A stretch of DNA of 64,000 bases, from positions 9,785,625-9,849,624 of the forward strand of contig CM082579.2 in assembly GCA_040954595.2 (NCBI GenBank). Reading direction: 5' to 3'. The position numbers and the translations under genes are program-made. Source of the stretch: Balanoglossus misakiensis (lineage: Eukaryota > Animalia > Hemichordata). How positions within the stretch are numbered: position 1 is the first letter of the stretch; the number at the start of each line of letters is the position of its first letter. The notes beneath the pieces are model-generated. The model worked only from the letters and a program-made list of their open reading frames with translations, had not been told where the DNA came from and ran no database searches. Shown piece by piece: positions 56,601 to 64,000 of this stretch.

Positions 56601-59600
56601 GTGTACAACAGTTTCCTCCGATGGCGTCATTCCTGATGATTCACCACCGATTGCTGGAATTGTATTCGACGGGCCAAATGGCGACGACAGGACGTATCAG
56701 GCATCAAGGTATGTTTGTATTGTGATACTTATATTGCAATGTCAACGCTTATTGTTGTAAAGACATTGAAAATTATACAACTTCGATGCCACTTTCTTAG
56801 GAAAGAGTGCCGGATACATGTGAAAAAACCATAAGTGCGTTTAATTCATACATATTTTTTTATTTGACAGGGAAAGGTTTGCTGTCCACTGGTACAACTT
56901 CCATGATTATCACAGCAGACTGTCACACTATGAATTCCGAGTTGGGACATCACCCGGGGGTGACGAGATCTTGCCCACTAGACCACTTCATATCACCGAA
57001 GAAGTCTACATTTCAAAACTCGACAACTTGTTGCCAGTTGGTGTTAACATATACAGCACAGTCACTGCCTTCAACAAAGCTGGTAAGGTTTATGAACACA
57101 GAAAGTGTACAACTTGAAACCTTGGGAATTTCCTTGAGAAATTCAACGTGGGTATACAAGGGCATTGTGTAGAGCCAAAATTGGCTTTGGGTCCATGTTT
57201 ACGAGTTCACCAGTATCACGAGCAAATAGCACAAGTTAAATGATTGTGAATACATCATATGTAAATCAAACACTCTGTGTTTTTAAATGGAAATGTTTGG
57301 TGACAGTGCAGCGTGCCAAATATTTGGAATCGGTTTCCCCAGAAGACACTCATTTATAACTGAATATCTTGTTTTAAGGATTGTCCGTCGAGAGGTCATC
57401 AAATGGGTTCACTGTTGATGTGACCGGTCCAACAATTGTAAAAGAGGTGGCTTTTGAACCAGGTCTTGGGTCCATAATCGAAGGAACACAAGTAAGCTGA
57501 TGTACTTTCAATCGAATTGTTAGTGTAAATGGATCATCGCTTGCTTTATGCTATGATAATGAAAAAGACATAGGGCAGTAAAGCCACCTGTCCATAAATA
57601 CGTGTGGATATGTACACACACGAAAATGAACTTAACACATACTGTGTAGTGTGCATGTAAATACGTAAATTCCGGCTCTCAATCTCCCTGTGTTCTATAA
57701 CCAGTGTTCCGAAAATGTCCTTTTCATAGGTTTGGAGAAGTCTCTTCAGAATTTCCTGGGGATTTCATGACGAAGAAAGTCCCATTGAAAAACAGATTCT
57801 GTCTGTTCTTACTCATCATCAATCAAACTTGGACATTCCGTCTGTTGAGGTGAGCGTTACTCTAGCTGTCAACACAGTTGGATAACAAACGGCGACAAAA
57901 CAAGAACTTCCATAGATCTAACAGTAAGTGAAAAATGAAACACATTTTATATTGTCATTGTTAGAATGGCTCCTCGACTAATGTTATTTTATCTCGTATG
58001 ACAGCTACCAGGAAACGTAGCAACCTACACATTTACTGACCTGTCTTTGGACGACGGTGATTCCTACTACGTCAAAGTGATCGCCTGCAATGCAGCAATG
58101 CTATGCAATTCAACTGAAACATCCGGATTGTTGGTATGTATACCCCTTATACGTATACTATCGCCTATACGTGGTCAGTAGGAGCATCTTTAGGTCACAG
58201 AGAGACCACGTGGTGGCACACGTTTGCGTGGCCACCCACTGATCATCCATGATTGGCTAGCCTTTCTGTGCTGTACAGGCTTGGCTATGGTTTAGGCTGT
58301 TTCTAAATTTGTATGAGTTACTGTTTTAAATTTAAAAGACGTTACTGTGAGGCGTTGTTTGTAGTGTCTGGTTTCCTTTTTTGCTGAAGTTCTGATAGTA
58401 TGCAGCGTACATTACACGCTGTCTATACTTCTTACGAGTTACTGAGTCCATAATCAAGTAAACTTTTCCTCATTCAGGTCGATGCCACGCCACCAACGGT
58501 TGGCACATTTGCAACAGAGACAAATCACTCGGCGGACTTAGCGCGCCACCAAGATGGTTGGATGACTTACCAACAGAGCACAATAGACACCGATGCTCAA
58601 GTGAAACTGGCGTGGCTTGGCTTCTCTGATATGCATTCAACAATATCACATTATTACGTAACAGTTGGAACAGAGTACAGTGGACGAGAACTAACCCCAG
58701 TAAGTTCGACAAGAGGATGATCAACATATCTCCCAAAATAGTCCAGTGCCCATTCAAAGTACTGAAATTTTAATATCCACCACTGTTTGCAGTCACAATT
58801 GCCTTAGTTACGTTGGCTAGGGACTTCTTAATTTACAACGTGTGGATTTTAGGGAGGTCATTATATGAGAGTACTACATGGTGATTTTTATATTTACATT
58901 AAATATGAAATATTTTTGAGCAGGATGGTCCCTTCAAATTCGACCACCAAGATGGCGAGACTTACAGAGATGAAGGTACTATTCAAACTGGAATCGTCCT
59001 GATTAACAGGGATCTTTCACCTGGAGAATTTATATACGTCACTCTGTGGGCTGTAAACGGGGTATGTATTAGACGTGTTAATTTACATTACTTAATGTAA
59101 TGTTCACACCCACCGACGGATACGTTTCCAACATTGCAATGGAATTGTTTATGATTTAGCTATTTAAATTATATATACATATTAGTATCTGTTGATTGGC
59201 AATTATGACCGTATGGTATGGTTATTGTTAAAAAGTGTATTTTTTTCAGGTTGGCATGAGAAGTATGGAAGCACACGATACATTTGAAATTGTGAAATCC
59301 AATGACTATGAAGGAATACTTGCAGAAGTGAGGCGCTGTTCATCACAGACATGCCAAGGAGACTGCACATGCGCACCACAATATCAATTTTGTGACGGAG
59401 ATGAAGAAATGTGTTTTGACGGTCAGTCGTGACTTATACTTGTTATTTATTGCATAAGCACATCGCCTTCGCTGAAAGAATGTTAAATTCATTCAAAGTG
59501 ATCAATGCTTTCTAATGTACTGTCGACATTCATTGTTTTGTAGGGGCCAGTGACGATGAACAGGTAGAAATATTCGACATCGTAGATTATGGACAAGTTG

Positions 59601-62600
59601 AACATCAACATATTGACGCCGATTACACGCCTTCGTCGTGCGCACTGGCAGCTGTCTGGACAACCTCCAATCCGAATGGTGGTACGTAGAGAGCATAATG
59701 CACCATGTTAGGTGGCGTACATGCACGCGTGTTTTGATATGCAAGACATTTCAAAACTCACTTTTTTTGACAACGGTGTATCAGCCGCAATTTTGAGAGT
59801 GCAGTCGTTACATGACATGACCCGAGTTCTATCAAACATGTGCCGTGTTTACATCAACCAACAACCAGCTCAAAAACCTCCAAATATTGCTGTGTTTACA
59901 AAATAATCAATCATATATTGTGCAATTTGCCTCATAATAAATAAATTGAAACCATATGGCATGCTTATAATCATAGGAAAGACAATCGAACGATTTGAAT
60001 GGAGCGCAGGGACAAAGGGTGATGATCCTGGGACTGGAATATTTGATCTAGCGAATGACCGGATATGGTACGACGTGGGTCTGGAAACCGGTGCAATTCT
60101 ACTGCAAGGCCGGAAAGCATGTAAGTGGATATTAGTTCACCCGTCTCTATACCAACATTTGCTTGATAATCTCGATTGCTTTGATAACATGGCAAAAACG
60201 TGTTAAGCTTATGCTTATTGAAATGAATATATCATGCATATTATTGACAGATCCGTTGGAAAATGGCTTTGAATACGTAGTTTACGTCAAGGCATGGTAC
60301 AACGAAGACACATACACAATATTTTCCTCCGACGGAATTATGATCGACTCTGCTCCACCAAGGTTGTCAGAATCCAAACATGTAAGTTTAAATGTTTTGT
60401 CAGTTTCGTGTGATTAAAGCCTTACTGTTGTCATCAACACTGATGGTCCATTCTTTTCAACAGGTGATTGATGCTCACAATCTGTCCAAGCTCATTGATT
60501 CGGATTTCACAACATCAACTAACACACTGGGAGTTTCATGGAAGAATGTTTTCATTGGCGCTATTGACTACTACGAGGTTTCAATCGGCACGTACATAGG
60601 AGGTACGTAAGTCCATGTTAAAAACGACCACACAAACAGAAATGTATTTACTCAAGAATATTTCAATACCCATTCCCAATTCAGCAGTTTCCCAGTAATT
60701 TTGCCAGAGTCTCTCTTTGATCAGTGGACCCCTATTACGGAGTGGAAGTTAAGCTCTGGCTCTGAGAATTCGTCAATCATGCACAGTACCACAACGCAAT
60801 GACAGAGCTGGAAATTTTCCTAATTTCAGGAGACGACATCAGAACGTGCAATCGTCATCCATCAACTGCATCTGAGGTTTGGTTCACTGACCTGGATTTG
60901 AAGTCTGGCAAACGTTACTTCTCAAATGTTGTGGCTTATACTCATTCCGGTCTTTATACAAGGGCATCATCGGACGGTATTCTGGTGAGTAAATAAATAT
61001 TCTGATTAATATACAAAAATACTCAGACTGCAAACAAATCCGTTAATCTGTGGTTACCTTCTTCTTTCACAAAACAGGTCGACACAGTCAAGCCCACGAA
61101 AGGCATTGTTTATGATGGAATCGACGTTCATGACGCTGATTATCAGAATTCGAGTTCGGTCGTGTCCGCGTCTTGGAATGGGTTTTCCGATCTACAGTCC
61201 TACATAGACTATTATCTATGGTGTGTTGGTACTTCACCTGGTGCTGAGGACGTTGTGCCCTGCCATGCTGTTGGACTCCAAGTCTCACAGAGGAAATTGA
61301 TTGAAAAACCGTTAGACTTGGGTAAGTATAAATACTATGTTCTGAGTTTTGTGGATATTTTTCTAACACACTCCGATTATAGGCCAAAACAACAATTCTT
61401 TAATTTGCCTTTTCCCTATATTTAATCTTTTCAAACTTGGTTTCCTTCCATGTTGATCGGTTACAGGAGAATAAGCCTGTTTATTTCTGTAGGAAGCAAA
61501 GTGTATTCAACAGTTATCGCTGTTGATGCTGCTGGTTTGGAATCAGAGCCATCCACCTCCAATGGGATCGTGATTGACACAACGCCGCCTGAAACTATAC
61601 AAAAGTTTAACCTCAGTGAAAACGCACTTAGTAATCCATCTTTTGAGGAGAGTGATGGAGCCCAAAATAACACCGTGACGTCGGAAAACTGTACACCACA
61701 GGGTTCGCCTAATCACTGGGTGGTGGATGGAACAGCTCATGTCTTCGAGTGCAGTGAGGGTCTCGCAAAGGATGGTGATTCCTTCCTAATGCTGTTTGGC
61801 GACATTTCCCAAGTGTTTCAAACAGTTGTTGGTGAGAAGTACAGAGTGAGCTTCTATGCCAGCCATTCGCCGCGATCAAGTGTACCAGCTTTGAACCAGG
61901 AAGGTTTTGTGAAAGTGTCTCGTTTAAATCAAGTATTCAAACTGTTTCAACGTAGTGGTAGCTTTAACCGCTCAGGTGGCACGGAAGATGGCAACCTGTT
62001 GGTGTGGCAGTTACACCATTACTACTTCCTCGCAGAAGATGACGTGACGACATTGACAATTGGATCATTAGGAAGAAACGGTTTGTGACTTAATTCTCAG
62101 AAGATTAATTATGCAAGAAAGCATGAACAGTTTTCTATAATATCAAAGACATGATTATCATCCGTGCTAATTGATGTCAAATCTGTAACATTTAACTTTT
62201 CCCATAACATCCTAGCAAAGACGAACATTCCAATGCTTATTCTCATTCTAGTTGGCCTTTAATGTCATCATCTAGATATAGAGAAGGGGGTAACAAATTT
62301 GATTTTTAACCTAAGATAAATGTTAGTTTGATCATGTCGTTATGGGTTAAATTTTTAGATATTCTATATCGACAGATTTTATTCGTTCATTTATAGTTAT
62401 GCTGCACGATTATATCCCTTTATGTACAAATATATATGCTGATTTTATTGAGGTAAAACCAGTCAAAGTCTTCTACGATGAAATAATTTCTTACCATAGG
62501 TGGAGACTGTGACAACTCTTTCACATAAAGAAATGATGAAGTCGAGTCCACCTTCTTAAAGTTTGTATGTTTCCTCAATAGCCTTAGCCCTTGACGGCGT

Positions 62601-64000
62601 AGAAGTACGCATGCTCCGCGAAGGACAACGTGATAACCACCAAGATCCGAATCATCCGGTGAACGACCTCTCAAGCGACGTTCATGTTGAAATACAGAAA
62701 GTGGGAGATATGTATTCAGTACATGCACGGTGGGACGTTATTGATGTGGAAAGTCCAATCACAGAGAATATATGGGCCATTGGTACAGTTAAAGGTAAGT
62801 TATATAAGGAGACCATCATGTATGGTTATTTATATAAAATGGTTTATGGTTATTTATATAAAACAAATACCAAAATGGTGTTTTGTATATTGTCTCAGCT
62901 AATGTGTGTGGTGACATTTCCGCCAAAGAACTTCTATAATAACACAATTTTCAGATGGTAAACCCTGATGTGATTAACTGTTCCATTCATAAGGTGGAAC
63001 TCAGCTGCAAGGTTTCACGTCGACTGGATGGAAAACGTCAGGAACATGTTACGACTTGGCGCTTTTTCAAGGAACGTGGGTCTATGTCACCGTTGTAACG
63101 AGAAACGCGGCAGAACTTGAATCTGTCATCTATTCTGATGCCATTGTGGTCGATGCTACGCCTCCACTTTTATGTTGTGCAAAGGTAAATTCTTCCAAAG
63201 ACACTGCTTGCAATTATATTTTACAATTTGAAAGTTCAGTTTGTGTCAAATTTTTCAAATTTCGTCATTTTCCTTCCTGTATTTGTTTTGTTCAGTTGCC
63301 AAGGCACACTTTTCGTTTCTGTATCGTGTATTCACATTTTATTCATAAAACCATATTTCGCTGTGTTATGATCTTAATGCAACCAGGATGGCGACGCTGA
63401 AAAAGATATTGACCATCAGAATTCACCGATATTATCAATTCATTGGTCAGTCAGTGAGCCAGAGGGCAGAATGGACTATTGTGAAGTGGCTGTCGGTGAG
63501 GACAATTTAGTACTTTTTTACAAGTTATATGCGATACAGTTCAAACATATAGAATTGGTAAACTATAGGCAGTATTTTATTCACTGACTTGTTTATAGAG
63601 TGCTCGACCTCCAACATCATTCCTGAAGGCCTTAAATGTCTTCTACCTTTCATCCTCCAGGACAAAGCCCAGGTTCTGCAGAAATTCAAGACTTCAAAAC
63701 TTCTGAAACAATCAACCACACAACGATTGACGTCACTGGTCGTATTCACCATGGACAAACGCTGTTTTCAACCATCCGTTGCCACAATTACATTGGCTTA
63801 ACAAGCACAATCTCAACCGATGGTGTTACTATGGTGACCGATTCGCCTGTAGCTGACAACGCAGTGGCGCAGTTGACAACACCATCAGCAACTTACTATC
63901 CGACGAGAGGGGATCATCAGTCAATAACAAATGCCGTTTATTTCGCTTGGCAAGGATTTAGTGATTTGTCCGGAATATCGCATTACCAGGTAACTGCTCT
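36642..64000 (+). CDS. Paralog B: giant secreted CTLD/EGF/FN3-repeat protein, 3' end beyond the window
   Basis: Signal-peptide exon 36642-36711 (MVSSVSLLCLFLMTSCSIVLVDA|G, phase 1) splices to CTLD exons 37097-37236, 38501-38604 and 39460-39599, then EGF 40271-40402 and Cys-rich 40875-41051. Later exons are co-linear with copy A up to 63661-63989. No frameshift or stop seen in the exons compared. Confidence 0.9.
36757..37050. repeat. Compound microsatellite (TTTG)n(TATG)n(CATG)n in the first coding intron of paralog B
   Basis: Directly visible. Confidence 0.95.
37097..39599 (+). CDS. C-type lectin domain of paralog B (3 exons), QPD...WHD type
   Basis: CKSGWKSWSQYCYYF...NWDSANAEC...| NWI...HIGYSDSNSEGNFYWIDGT | KWDSGQPDNG...ENCV...GKWHDIFC...KYICKR. 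Confidence 0.93.
37905..38062. mobile_element. Possible remnant of a microsatellite-bearing (HINE/Helentron-like) interspersed repeat
   Basis: TTCTTGAGATATCGTGCTAA followed by (CAGA)n/(CA)n tracts and a GGTAAT end resembles the general layout of such elements; family not verifiable here. Confidence 0.25.
39693..39877. mobile_element. 185-bp MITE with AGGGACAAA/TTTGTCCCT TIRs and TTAA target-site duplication (Kolobok-like)
   Basis: TTAA|AGGGACAAA at 39689-39701 and TTTGTCCCT|TTAA at 39869-39881; not seen in the equivalent intron of copy A. Confidence 0.6.
42084..42168. repeat. (CAC)n(CAT)n microsatellite, copy B
   Basis: Visible; paralogous to 5380-5490. Confidence 0.95.
43760..44148 (+). 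mobile_element. Family-1 hairpin element, paralogous copy in gene B
   Basis: Same sequence and position as 7182-7562 with a few substitutions and indels. Confidence 0.6.
44521..44802. repeat. Compound microsatellite (GT)n(GTAT)n(GCGT)n
   Basis: Visible; paralogous to 7937-8352 but with a different block order. Confidence 0.95.
61493..62080 (+). CDS. DUF642/galactose-binding-like domain exon, paralog B
   Basis: Same 588-bp exon as 25888-26475 with a handful of substitutions. Confidence 0.65.

Larger units (their letters stand above)
40970..64000 (+). repeat. Near-identical duplicated segment matching about 4260-28395 (exons and introns)
   Basis: Long stretches are identical by eye, with scattered SNPs, small indels, microsatellite length changes and one element insertion; offset about 36.7 kb at the start and 35.6 kb at the end. 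Confidence 0.95.

Noticed and set aside
63589-63801. Apparent frameshift or pseudogenisation of copy B (ORF track differs from 28031-28636)
   Set aside because: The difference comes from intronic changes upstream of the acceptor; the exon 63661-63989 has the same 329-bp length and frame as in A.
36642-64000. Whole duplication as a pure haplotig or assembly artefact
   Set aside because: Heads and several internal islands are far too diverged to be ordinary alleles, and the intergenic region is unique sequence. Not fully excluded without read data.

Overview
AT-rich, intron-dense animal genomic DNA, probably a marine invertebrate; the repeat and intron style suggests a deuterostome such as a hemichordate (inference). 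The window holds two head-to-tail paralogs on the + strand of a giant multi-exon gene. Copy A runs <639..29349 (signal-peptide exon outside the window) and copy B runs 36642..>64000. Predicted product, about 3,400-3,500 aa by summing hand-called exons: signal peptide, one C-type lectin domain (CTLD), EGF/Cys-rich modules, roughly 20 FN3/Ig-like 'D-x-T/S-PP ... W-x-GF-x-D-x-ESGI ... GT-x-PG' repeats with an inserted DUF642/galactose-binding-like domain, and no visible transmembrane segment. The main signal is that the copies are near-identical, introns included, over about 24 kb of 'body'. In contrast, the N-terminal lectin+EGF 'head' is strongly diverged and carries different sugar-specificity motifs (EPS/WND in A, QPD/WHD in B), with the switch to near-identity falling inside one exon. 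Small diverged islands inside the body point to gene conversion or mosaic paralog evolution. The window also holds three different non-autonomous elements with the same subterminal-IR plus long-terminal-hairpin design, tiny CCATAGA palindromic inserts with 5-bp TSDs, other MITEs and many microsatellites. Exon boundaries and identities were read by eye, not computed.
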